A DNA stretch of 64,000 nt from NCBI GenBank assembly GCA_001600695.1, contig BCKQ01000001.1, positions 973,114-1,037,113 of the forward strand, written 5' to 3'. The notes under the pieces are model-generated. The model had not been told where the DNA came from. It saw only the letters and a list, made by a program, of their open reading frames with translations, and searched no databases. This document shows, in pieces, positions 45,920 through 57,367 of the stretch (its first letter is position 1; each line of letters starts with the position of its first letter). A program made the translations under genes and the position numbers. This stretch comes from Ascoidea asiatica JCM 7603. Its lineage: Eukaryota; Fungi; Ascomycota.

Positions 45920-47318
45920 TCAATCGAATTTAGAAAAAGAATCATCACTGAAAAGCTCTTCTTCATCATTATTGTTTTTAGATTCAGATTCAGATTCAGA
46001 CTCAGGTTGATCTCCTGCTGCTAATCTATCTTTTCGACGATTTTTCTTAGCTTCTTTTTTTGCTTTTTTTGCATTCACATTTTCTTGTTGCTCCATTTTT
46101 CTTTTTGCTTTTTCTTTAGCTTTTAGTTTATGCATTATTTCAAGTCTTTCTTCTTCTTCTCTTGTTTTAGTATATATGGAATGATATAAAGTTTTTCCAG
46201 AGCAAATTCCTTCTTCTATTTTAATTAACTTAATTTTCATTCTTGGACCTAATTCCGTTAATTTTACAGCTCTTTTCTTTATATTTTCTTGATTTTCTTC
46301 TTTTGGAATTATTGGTTCATCATTTTCTTCTTTTTTAACATATAAAGAATTTGTTGAAGGTTCATCTTTGATTTTAACAATGGAATCTTCTTCAACTTCT
46401 GACATATCTGAATCACTAGTGAAACCTGCAGCATAAGGATCAAGAACATAATCAGAAATATCAGTAATTTTTGAAAGATTAGGTAATTTTTTTGAAAGAA
46501 CATTTTTTGAATGAATTAATTTTTTAACACCTTTTGATATTTGAACAGGTTTTGTACTTATTGAAAAATGACGAATATCAATTTCATTTGTTTTTGAATC
46601 TTTACATATTATTAAAACTCTTTTTATTGTATTAACTTTTGTTTCTTGAGGATTTATTGGTGGAAACATATTTTGAAACATTGTTATTAGTATTTTTTCA
46701 TGTGGTGAAGCTTCAGAAGGTTTTGAAAATCCATTTAATACTAAAAGTGGAGGATTTAAAAATTCAATTGAATCTTTACTTATAGATTTGGGATGTTTCA
46801 TAAACTTTGCAATATCTTTACAAAGAGAATAATTTATAACTCTGAAATTTAAAGTTGGACCTTGAGGCATATTGGCAATTCTTAATGTTGTTGTACCTTT
46901 TTCAGATTGAGTAAAAACCATTAAATGAGAAACATTTAAAGGACCTGCCATAACAATAAAATCTTTAAGTTTATTACCTTTTCTCTCTTTTAAACTTATT
47001 GCTGTATGAGGTTGCATTATATTTCTAAAATCATGAACTAACTGTGTTATATTATGATTTTTAAGTGCCGAACCTAAACTTATAACCATTGAACGTGGTA
47101 TACCAGCTAGTTCTTCTTCAGTGGCTACAACATGAGTTCTATTTTTCGACTAAAGATAACACCAAAAGTAATTAAATAAATAGGAAATATAAAATTGTTA
47201 GTCAACGAAAATTCTTTTGATACAAAAAAAGAAAAGAAATAAATAATGAATTTAATAGATAATCAAATTATTTTTCATTCAATTCCATCAGAATGAAACT
47301 TACTCTTCTTTTAACCAT
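45920..47318 (-). CDS. SSF1: Brix-domain ribosome biogenesis factor Ssf1/2, join(47304..47318,45920..47149)
   Basis: Exon 1 encodes MVKRR; intron GTAAGT(47303)...GACTAAC(47203-47197)...TAG(47150), 154 nt. Exon 2 SKNRTHVVATEEELAGIPRSMVI restores the Ssf1 N-terminus. Brix motifs PQGPTL and LTELGPRM. Confidence 0.94.
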
Positions 47319-48296
47319 TTTTTAAATTGGGTTTAGTAATTCTATAGTCTTTTGCTAATTTGCTTTTTATTAAGAAATCTGCTAAGATATTTATAGATGA
47401 AATGAATTGATCTCTTTATCAATTTAGTTCTCTCGCTTCTGAAAATATCAAAATTTCAAACTTTCAAAGTCTCAAAACAAAAATTTTCAGAATTCCAAAA
47501 AAAAATATTTTTTTTATTTCCAGGACGCATTAAAACCAGCGGTACGGGTCTAGTAGATTTTTGTTGAAGAGTTTAATCAGTGTGAATGCTGGGTGTTTTG
47601 ATGTTAAATGCAGTTTCGGCTACACTTGCAGCTTCAGCGGCACCGGTAACTGTGCTGTAGAAGCGAAATCAAATCATTTCCAAGAGTAAAAAGTATGTTT
47701 ATTGAAAGTATTCACAAATGATCAGATAAAAGAAGTTTAATGAGATAAGAAATTAAATAATAAAATGTAACAACAGAAGATAAAATAAAATAAGCAGAAA
47801 GCCAACAGGACTAACAAGCACAAGTTCATTGAAAAAATCATATAAGTTAAGAAATAAATGAAAAAGAAATTAATTTTAGTAAAGAGAAAACACAAACGCT
47901 AAAGCCATAATACAAAAATAAAAGAAAAATGAATCAAAAATGAAATATAGAATGTAACAATGATAAAAATAAAAGAGGAATGAAATATTTGAGAATAAGG
48001 TTATTGAAAAACTGGAGCAAGTGTCATGAATAACAATTTTTATGAAGATTTTATGAGAATTTTATATGAGTTTTTTTTTTTTTTTTTTTAAGTAATGAGA
48101 TAATTGGAAAATAAATAAGCATATGGATCTGAAATGAGAATAACTTTAAAAAAGAAAAATGACACATGAAGCATAATAAACGTAAGTAAATATATAATAA
48201 GACAATGAGATAATAATATGATAAGATGAAAAGATAATATAAAAATGTTAAAATGTTAAAGTATTTGAAAATTGTTTGGAAGGAAGGTAATAAAAA

Positions 48297-49826
48297 TCAA
48301 AGTACTTTGTCGATATTTGAATAAGCACCACCCATCAGATTTAATTGAGAATTTAAATTATAAATATCTTTTTCTGCAGATATTTGAAAAGAATTATATC
48401 TTTGTTCTAATAATTTAATTTTTGCAGAATGACTTGCATTTAATTTTTGAATTCTTTTTTCAAAATCATTTCTAATTTTATTTGTTGAATCTTTTAAAAC
48501 TCTATATTCTTGAAATTCTTTTAAAACAGCATCATTTGAAAAATTTAATAAATTATTGGAATTAGAATTAGAATTATTCTCATTTGAAAAATTTGAATTA
48601 TTACCACCACTTGTTGGAATATAATTTTGAATTGTCATTGGTGTTGATGGATTAAATGGAATTCCTGTAGAAGTATAATTATTTGGACTAAAATATATTG
48701 GTTGTTGTTGAGGTTGAATTTGTTGTTGTTGAAATTGTGGAGTATTAATATTTTGAAATTGAGAAGGTAATGATTTCCTATCTGAAAATCCAGGGGAAGA
48801 AGTTGCTTCATAATTAAAATTATTTGGATAAGAATGAGATTTTTGGTACTGATATTGTTGTTGCTGCTGTTGTTGTTGCAATTGTTGCTGTTGAAGTTGC
48901 AGTTGTTGATGAATTTGGAATTGTTGTTGACCAGTAGAAAAAGTCTGTGGAGATTGAGACTGGCTATAATCAAATCTAGCATAACTTGTAGGGGTTGTGC
49001 TGGTGCTGGTTGAACCCTTTATGGTAGTTTTCGGCTTTATAGGAACCTGTTTACTTTTTTTACCAGAGTTAAATTTTGAAGATGAAGGAGACATTTTAAT
49101 AAAATTAGTATTTTGTTTAATATTTTCACCACAATCTTTTTTTTGGTTCAAATAAATATAATTATTATTACTATTATTACTATTATTATTATTATTATTA
49201 AGGAAGTTATTATTGTTAATGCTAACAGTTGTAGAAGAATTAGAACTAGAATCTGAATCTGACTCTATTGAATTGTCAGTATAAATAAAATGTTTAGGAT
49301 TAATTGAAATGTTTTTTTCAGTAATTAAATCTTTACTGTCTGTGTCAGTATCAGTAATTGAATCAGCGTCTGTTGTTGTATTTATATTAGTAACAGTAGT
49401 TGTAGTAGAAGTTGTGACAGAAGCGATAGATAATGATACAGAAGCACAATTTTTATTGGTTTGTAAATTATTGATATTTTTATTATTTGTTTTAGATTTA
49501 TTTATAAATTTTTTATCTTTTGAGAAGAAATTGAATGGAATTGAAAAGAATGATTTGATTGAGATTGATAATTTTGATAAAGATAATGGAAACAATTTTG
49601 AATTGTAATTATAAGTGGAATTAGAATTAAAATTAGAATTGGAATTGGAATCTAAGCTTGAAGTAGAAATTGAATTTGAATTAGAATTTGATTTTGAATA
49701 TTTCAGTTGATTTTTTTCATTTAAATCTTTTAAATCTTTTAGTTCATTTGAATTATCAATTGGATGAGCCATTGCAGGGATCTTTATATAATTTGCTGGT
49801 AGTCGAGATGAATGATTTAATTGCAT
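48297..49826 (-). CDS. Hypothetical Ser/Asn/Gln-rich protein with C-terminal coiled coil
   Basis: 509-codon ORF with host-like codon usage, a polyQ tract and a helical C-terminal ~75 aa. No family recognised; start codon uncertain. Confidence 0.65.
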   Translation of the reverse strand: MQLNHSSRLPANYIKIPAMAHPIDNSNELKDLKDLNEKNQLKYSKSNSNSNSISTSSLDSNSNSNFNSNSTYNYNSKLFPLSLSKLSISIKSFFSIPFNFFSKDKKFINKSKTNNKNINNLQTNKNCASVSLSIASVTTSTTTTVTNINTTTDADSITDTDTDSKDLITEKNISINPKHFIYTDNSIESDSDSSSNSSTTVSINNNNFLNNNNNNSNNSNNNYIYLNQKKDCGENIKQNTNFIKMSPSSSKFNSGKKSKQVPIKPKTTIKGSTSTSTTPTSYARFDYSQSQSPQTFSTGQQQFQIHQQLQLQQQQLQQQQQQQQYQYQKSHSYPNNFNYEATSSPGFSDRKSLPSQFQNINTPQFQQQQIQPQQQPIYFSPNNYTSTGIPFNPSTPMTIQNYIPTSGGNNSNFSNENNSNSNSNNLLNFSNDAVLKEFQEYRVLKDSTNKIRNDFEKRIQKLNASHSAKIKLLEQRYNSFQISAEKDIYNLNSQLNLMGGAYSNIDKVL

Positions 49827-52800
49827 AATGTTTACATTAAAAACTTAAATTGTTTGACCATCAATAATAATAACAACAACAAAAGTAATAATAATAATAG
49901 AAATTGAAAAAATAAAAGAGAAATACAACTATATAGTATAAATAGTATAGTAATGAGAAAATAATTATTAATAATAAATTAAAAAAGAAAACAAAGATTT
50001 TTATAAAATTTGAAAAAATTTGAAAATATTTAAAATATTTACAAATTTAAAAAAAAGTTTTATAAAAAAATTGTAGAAAAGTTTATGAAAATTTAAAGAT
50101 AAAAGATTAAAAGATAAAAAGTTTTCTTATTTAATCTAAAAGGGAAAGAATATTTCTATAAAAGAGAATAATTTGATATAAATTTTGATTAAAGTAGTAA
50201 ATAAATGAAATAAAATATAGTAATAAAATTCAGTGTAAATTAGATAATAAAATAAGCAAGTTTTAGATTTCTGAGGAAATTAAAACAAATGAAAGTGAGT
50301 GAATGAGATTTAGTAACGTTAGAGGTATAAGTTATGGGGGATAGAAAAATAAATTGTGTTTGTTTATAATAATTTATTATAATTATTTATTATTTAATAA
50401 TTAATATTTATTAGAACTGTTTTGGATAAGTTTTAGATTTTGTTTTGAATTGTTTTGAAGTGAATTGAATTTGATATCAAATGAAGAAAAAAAAAAAAAA
50501 AAATTTAGTAAATTAGTATAATTTAGTATTAACAAGCAAAAATTAAATTGATATTTTTCTTTTTTTCACCTTTTTTTTGTAAAATTTAATCTTTTTGGCC
50601 TTGAATTTAATTTAAATATGAATTTATTTGGCCTTGAATTAGTTTATAGTTTTTTTAGTTTATTTCAATTATTTCAATTATATCATTCAATTCAATTTTT
50701 TCAGTTTTTTTTTTCAGTTTTTTCAGAATTTTTTTACGTTTTGTCAGCAGAGACGTTGAACCGAGGGCCGTCTAATTTTCCCTATTAAGAAATAAGTAAA
50801 CAGAGAAAGAATAAACAGAGGAAGAATAAAAATGTAATAGGGATTGAAATTGTTTTAGCTTTTTGTAATTGATTTCGAATGAGTTTTAAGATTAGAACTA
50901 AATAGTTTAGAATCCAAAGTGGCATAAGATTTGATCATCAGGAGATTTATAGAAAAATAAATGACAGAAAGAATTCAAAATGGAACGATTATAACGTGAA
51001 ATATTAATTGATTTTTAAAACATAAATGGAAAAAATTAACTAAATTTTTTACATATATAAGTAAGAAAGTTATTTTGGTTCTTGATATTTTGGTTGATGA
51101 TTACCTAAAGATCAAAAAAATTTCTAAAAAGTTACTAAAAAAAAGGAAAGTAATCATGTCTTAGTTATTTTGCAAAATTCATGTAATCAAGGGATATAAA
51201 ATCATATTTAGTGATTGATTTAACTGAAAAAAAAAATTTTGGTAAAAGAACTATTAGATATGAATCAGAATGAAAAGTTATTCATTTATGAATATATTGA
51301 TACTTAATAGAAGTATCAACGTCTATTCAAGGTTGCATTAGATCAAATAACAGATTTACTCAATAGTGGTTCTGAATATTATATGATATTCACATTAGCC
51401 TCTTGAATCAAAAACAAGATTCAAATCACTTGTTTTTTTTTCATTTTTGTTTTCAGTTTGACCATCAATTCATTTTCAATCTTTTCCATCTTCCAGTTTA
51501 GACGAAGAACAAAAAGAGAGCAAATAAACAGATAAACAGACAAAGAGAAGCAGAGCAGCAGCAGCAGTTTCTTCTTCAACCACGGTTGCCATCCACGGTC
51601 TTTTCTGTTGTCTGGCCTTTTTCTATCAGCGTTTCGCGGTGAGGATTTTCACGAAGAGAAAAAAAGTTGCAAAATTTCCGATTTCCTCAAAATTTAAAAC
51701 TCAAATCCCCGAGACAAAAATCGAAACGGAAAATGAAAGAATCATAAATTTCCAATATTTCCAATATTTCCAATATTTCCAATTCTTGCAATAAAATGAC
51801 TGGCAATAATTCAATCTTTTATATTTTTTTGTTTTTGTTTGGGCTGTAAGTTACTCAGAAGCAAAGATAATGTGATACCAATTACTTCAGAATAAAAACC
51901 TCATCTTAAGTTTTGTTATTCCTCATTTCAAGCTCGGTTCAAATATTTTCTCAATCCCAGTTTCATTACTGTATTTAAGTAAGAGTGCAGAGTCTGTACT
52001 AAGATGCATAATCTAACTAATTACCACGCAATTTATTTAGCTAAATTGGTGTTACCCTGCATGTTTGATTTTTCTTCCTCATTTGAATTCAATTTCCGAG
52101 GGTGCTTCATTTTTAAAATATGAAAGTTGCGTTTTCATTTTTCAAAGACCCCGAAATGTTTCGAAAATTCACAATTTGGTTTTTTCTTGTGGCCCGCGCA
52201 AAGTTGAAATTGTTTTCGTAGCGCAACTTTGTAAAGCCACACCTCCACCACGGGGATTAATGTTTTGCGTTGAAGTTTCGCGTTAAGCATTTTGCGGCAT
52301 TAGCCGAACTAACGCAATTTTTTTATTGACCCAAAACCTTGGTGACGGAAAAAATTTATGGATGGAACGTGGGTTTCCGCATTGGAGCCAGAAAATATGT
52401 CGCGTATGCCTCAATCTAAGCTCTACGTAATCATGCCCACCTTAAAGACTTGGCATTTACTAGAAAATTAAAGAGCATTAAAGCCATTACTAAAATTTAA
52501 ATAAATTCTGTTTAAAGAGGGATATTACAACACAATATTTCCAGAGCTATTACTAGAATACTGGAATTTAGCTTAGATATCGGGTTTTAATTGCATATTT
52601 ACAATATATCATGATTTTATATTATGCTGCAAATGTTTGATCATCAACTAGTTACGTATGTCTGTTTGTTGTTAGTCATTTAGTAAGTATTGTTTATGGC
52701 ACAGACTTGCGCAAAACCTACTTTTTTACATTTCAACTTAAACTAATTTTTTAATTTAAAATTGGCTTATTCATTTAGATTAATTGAACTAAATTTAGCT

Positions 52801-53577
52801 TAAATTGTCAAATTATTACCGATATTGCGAATATTTGCGATATTTGCAATTGCCAAATGTCTAAGAACATAATTATAATTGGTCAATAATATTTTCATGG
52901 GACCTTCTAGGCTAAAAATATGACCCAAATGTACTAACAGATATAAAAGATAAAATATAAATGATATGAACCATTTACGGTTAGCTAATTATCTCTTTTT
53001 TTTTTTTTTTTTTCATATGGAATATTTTTTTGATACATGTAATGATTATTTAAAATTCATTTTTTGCTTTGGTGTCTGTAAAGTTAACATTAAATTGAAT
53101 TCAAACTTTTTGTTTGAGTGAGAGCATTGAGGAGCAGGCCTGCTCTTAAAAGTTGGTGAATTCATTTAGTTAAAGAAACCTTAAAACTTTGGCTTCACGC
53201 TTGGTATTTTACATACTGCAAAAAAACTGCAAATCCCAAAATTGCCTGGCTAAAATTAAAGCTCAAGCTCATATCAGGTGTAATTATCTTTGGGGTTACT
53301 TAATTCTACATTAAGAAACCAACAAATTTTATATCTTGAATGGTTTTAATTTTAATAAACATTTTCCATTTTGTTCTATTTCTTTGTTTTTTTACTAATA
53401 TTTTTAAATCTTTGCTTTACTTTTTTTTTTTTTTTTTTTTTTTTTCTAAATCTTATCCTTAATTTCATATTCCACATTAATATTCTCAAATAGCTTAAAC
53501 AATTATAAAATCAAGATAGTGAATATAATATTTTCTTTTAATTTCATTCTTATTTTGATTCTTAAATTAAAATCAAA

Positions 53578-55647
53578 ATGAGTGATTTTATAAGAAATAA
53601 TCCAAGAGCTGATGCTCTAAAACAAAGAAATTCTTTTCAAAACTATAATTCTCGTCCTTTATCAATTGAAAATTTATCTGATATTGATATTTACAACAAC
53701 AATAACAACAATCATTATCATAATATTATTAATAATAACAATAATAATAACAATAATAATAATAATAATAATACTATTGATACTAATACTGATGAAAGTA
53801 TATCAAATTTAAATTCAAATACAAATGATCAGAGTTTACCTGATGCATCTTCTTTAAATTATATTTCAACTTCTTCAACTTCTTCAACTTTGTATCATCA
53901 AATTTCTTATGAACTTCATCAAGTAAATTCAAATAATCAACATCTTGCTGCAAAAGAAGGTCATCGTCTTGTTCATAGATTATCTTATACTGGTCTTGCA
54001 GCTTTAAGTTATTCTGGTTCAATTGGTACTGGACTTTTAATATCAAGTGGTAGTGCTTTAAAAACTGGTGGTCCAGGTGGTTTATTCATAAGTTATTTAA
54101 TACTTGCTTTACTTGCTTTTATAGTTTTATCAAGTTTATGTGAAATGGCAACTTATATACCTTTACCTGATGGTTATTCAGGTTATGGTTCAAGATATGT
54201 TGATCCTGCTTTTGGTTTTGCAACTGGTTATTGTTATATGATTAAATATATTTTAGTTGCTCCTTCTCAAATGAGTGCTGGTGCTGGTGCTATTCAATAT
54301 TGGATTTCAAGAGATAAAGTTAATCCTGGTGTTTGGATTACAATTTTTTTATTAGCTGATATTATAACTAATTATCTTGGTGTTATAACTTATGCAAATA
54401 TTGTTAAATGTTTTGCAGGTATAAAACTTTTAGTTTTAATTTCTTTAGTCTTTATTTTATTAGTTTTAGTCTTAGGTGGTGGCCCAAATCATGATAGAAC
54501 TGGTTTTAGATATTGGAATAATCCTGGTGCTTTTGAAGAATATAATACAATTAAAGATTCAAATGGTAGATTTGCTTCATTTTTAGCTTGTTTATTACCT
54601 TCAATTTTTACATTTTCTGGTTTAGAATTATATGGTATTGCTCTTGGTGAAGTTTCTTGTCCAATGAGAAAAAATATTGTCAGAGCTCATTCTTTAATTT
54701 TTTGGCCAATAAGTATATTATATTGTTGTTTAGCTTTATTATTAGGAATGATAATTCCATATAATGATCAAAATTTAATTCAATCTGTTGCACAATCTAA
54801 TTCTTCTGCATCTTCATCTCCTTTTGTTATTGCAATTAATAATGCAGGTATTACTATTTTACCTGATATTATTAATGCTTCAATATTAATTTTTGTAATA
54901 TCTGCTTCAAATACAGATTTATATGTTTCAACAAGAGCTTTATATGGTTTAAGTGTAAGTCAAATGACTCCAAGAATTTTTTCAAAAACTGATAAAAGAG
55001 GTGTACCAATTTATGCATTAGGATTTTGTTCAATTTTTACATTTTTAGCATATATGAATGTAACAACATCTTCAAAAAAAGTTTTTACATATTTAGTTAA
55101 TGTTGTAACAGTATTTGGTTTAGCATGTTGGATGGCAATTTTAGTTTGTAGTATTTTTTTTAATAAAGCAATTAAAGCTCAAGGAATTGAAAGATGTGAA
55201 TTATATTATAGAGCACCAGGTGCACCATATACAACATATATTGGAATTTTTATGGTTGCATTATGTATATTATTAAAAAATTATACAGTTTTTTTAGATT
55301 ATGGTGAAACTGGTAAATTTGATACAAAAACATTTATAACTGGATATATTGGAATTCCAATTTTTTTTATATTATTTTTTGGATATAAATTTTATATGAA
55401 AACATCAATTTTAAAACCAGAAGATGTTGATTTATTTTTTTATAAAGATATGATTGATGCAGAAGAAGAAGCTTATGAAAGAGAACATGCAATTGAATTG
55501 GAAACAAAAGTAAATTCAAAATCAAAGTTAAAATCAAAATCAAAATCAAGTTTTAATTCCAAATCGAAATCAAAATCCAATTCAAAATCTAATTCAAAAT
55601 TTAAGCTTAATATAAACTTCAAAGCATTACGAGGAATATTTTCTTAA
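53578..55647 (+). CDS. Amino-acid permease (APC/YAT family), Dip5-like
   Basis: About 12 TMs; GSIGTGL, EMATYIPLPDGY, RYVDPAFGFA, GGGPNHDRTGFRYW, SPFVIAI and FITGYIGIP, characteristic of the Dip5 clade. Confidence 0.9.
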   Translation: MSDFIRNNPRADALKQRNSFQNYNSRPLSIENLSDIDIYNNNNNNHYHNIINNNNNNNNNNNNNNTIDTNTDESISNLNSNTNDQSLPDASSLNYISTSSTSSTLYHQISYELHQVNSNNQHLAAKEGHRLVHRLSYTGLAALSYSGSIGTGLLISSGSALKTGGPGGLFISYLILALLAFIVLSSLCEMATYIPLPDGYSGYGSRYVDPAFGFATGYCYMIKYILVAPSQMSAGAGAIQYWISRDKVNPGVWITIFLLADIITNYLGVITYANIVKCFAGIKLLVLISLVFILLVLVLGGGPNHDRTGFRYWNNPGAFEEYNTIKDSNGRFASFLACLLPSIFTFSGLELYGIALGEVSCPMRKNIVRAHSLIFWPISILYCCLALLLGMIIPYNDQNLIQSVAQSNSSASSSPFVIAINNAGITILPDIINASILIFVISASNTDLYVSTRALYGLSVSQMTPRIFSKTDKRGVPIYALGFCSIFTFLAYMNVTTSSKKVFTYLVNVVTVFGLACWMAILVCSIFFNKAIKAQGIERCELYYRAPGAPYTTYIGIFMVALCILLKNYTVFLDYGETGKFDTKTFITGYIGIPIFFILFFGYKFYMKTSILKPEDVDLFFYKDMIDAEEEAYEREHAIELETKVNSKSKLKSKSKSSFNSKSKSKSNSKSNSKFKLNINFKALRGIFS

Positions 55648-56017
55648 TTTTTAATTTTTTTGCCATATATTTTTTTTCAATGACTATTTTATATTCCATA
55701 CTTCTACCCATAAACATTCCTCATAAATTATTCAATTCTTTTTTGTTACTTGTTATTTGTTAATTAATTTTTAATATTTTTTAATCTTTTTGTTAACTTT
55801 CAATTCTTTAATTCTTTTTTCAATTTCCTTATGCATTTATTTTCAATTCTATTTCAATTTTAATGATTTTTTTCTCAATTACTAATTATTAATTATTAAT
55901 CTCATCCTTTGTATTCTGTAATCTTTGTTTTTTTGTATATTTTTTTAAATTTTTTTTATTTTATTTTATTATATGTATATAAATTTATTGAATAATCGTA
56001 TATAGTTTTTAATTGAA

Positions 56018-56440
56018 TTAAATTTTTTTACCAAAATAAGTCCATTGATCAGGTAATGGTTTTTCAGATAATTCTTCCCAACATTTTTCTTTTGCTAAAA
56101 GTTTAGCTAAATTAAATTCATTATTTGCATTAATTAAAACTTGTTCAATTAAACCATCATTAATTTCTTTTTCAATATATTCATTAATTGAATTTTTTTC
56201 AACAATCTCTAATCTTTGTTTTGTAAAATTTTCAACAGATTTTCTATAAATTGAATTTTCTGGAAAATTATCTTTTAAAAAATTTAAAGTTGAATTATAA
56301 ATTGCAATTAATGAAGGTCTTGGATTTGGATGTTGATATATACCTGCTATACCAGTTGGATTTGCATTTTGTTTAGAACCTACTTTTATAAGAATTTCTT
56401 GAGCTTTTGCAACTTGTTTTAATATTGGAGTGAATCTCAT
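56018..56440 (-). CDS. Mitochondrial complex I accessory subunit NDUFA5 (B13/NUFM)
   Basis: PTGIAGIYQHPNPRPSL, P..SIYRKSVE..TKQRL, GLIEQVL, WEEL.EKP.PDQWTYF. Confidence 0.92.
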   Translation of the reverse strand: MRFTPILKQVAKAQEILIKVGSKQNANPTGIAGIYQHPNPRPSLIAIYNSTLNFLKDNFPENSIYRKSVENFTKQRLEIVEKNSINEYIEKEINDGLIEQVLINANNEFNLAKLLAKEKCWEELSEKPLPDQWTYFGKKI

Positions 56441-56755
56441 TTTATTATTGGTTTTATTATTATTTTTAGTTTAATTTTAATGAATTTCTAATGAATTTCT
56501 AATGAATTTTCAATGATTTTTTTCTCAATAATGAGTTTATTGAAAGAATTGTAATAGTTATTTTGTTCTAAGTAACTTCAATCAAAATTTTATCTATTAT
56601 ATTGTTATTTTAAATCAACGACAATTGATATAAAATATAGTCTCTGATATTTAATCTTGGTCTTCAATCTTTTGATAAACTATTTTAATTGAATATCGAC
56701 GATATGCTGCTTATGAGATAGAAAATAGGTTTAAGCTGTAAATATCCAAGTCTTC

Positions 56756-56891
56756 TCACGTGCAGTATTAATTTGTATATTGACTAATTTCTGCGGTTCC
56801 ATTGGCCAGCCAGATTCAGGCTGTGCACGACCCACAAATTCGGTCTCAACTTCAACCCTTCTTTTAAGAGAAAAAAAATGGCACCGGGTAA
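56756..56891. promoter_or_regulatory. Divergent NDUFA5 / U3-B promoter with Cbf1-like, CCAAT and Reb1-like sites
   Basis: TCACGTG 56756-56762, ATTGG 56801-56805, CCGGGTAA 56884-56891. Copy A has a related CTGGGTAA at 8005-8012. Confidence 0.5.
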
Positions 56892-56996
56892 CACAGAAAA
56901 TATTTCATTTTCAATTGTTTGTATTGAATATTCACTGGTATAAAAGAAGAAAGAATCTCAACTTTTTTAATCATTTTATTCTCCTTTTTTTTCTTT

Positions 56997-57367
56997 GTCG
57001 ACGTACTTCAGTAAGTAGCTTACCATTTGGTTCAAATAATAATAATAATATTAATAGTTTCAATTACTAACAAATTCAATAGTAGGATCATTTCTATAGG
57101 TCACGTCTCTCTTTGATTCTTCAAAAGAGCCATCAAATCCAACTTGGATGATGAGATGAAAACCATTGTATCCATTGAATGAGAATTTCAATTAGTTTAT
57201 CTGTGATCCTCTGTTGGTCTGGATATCTTGTTTTCAATTTGCCTTTCGTTTGTAAAGATATCCAATTTTGTTGATGTCTTGAGAAAGGAGCAATGATTTC
57301 AATCCAATATTACATACTTTTTCGGAAGGAGTAATTATTTGGATGGATAACAATGGCAGTCTGACAA
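56997..57367 (+). ncRNA. SNR17: U3 snoRNA gene, copy B; exon 1 56997-57010, intron 57011-57082, exon 2 57083-~57367
   Basis: Same boxes and 72-nt intron as copy A at a constant offset of 48909 bp, with four substitutions counted by eye. TATAAAA at 56939. Confidence 0.97.

Noticed and set aside
47586-47818. Hydrophobic 24-codon ORF and a GTATGT(47693)...GACTAAC(47809)AAG arrangement divergent from SSF1
   Set aside because: The ORF stops before the donor, splicing yields no coding frame, and the sequence is the SSF1 promoter island.
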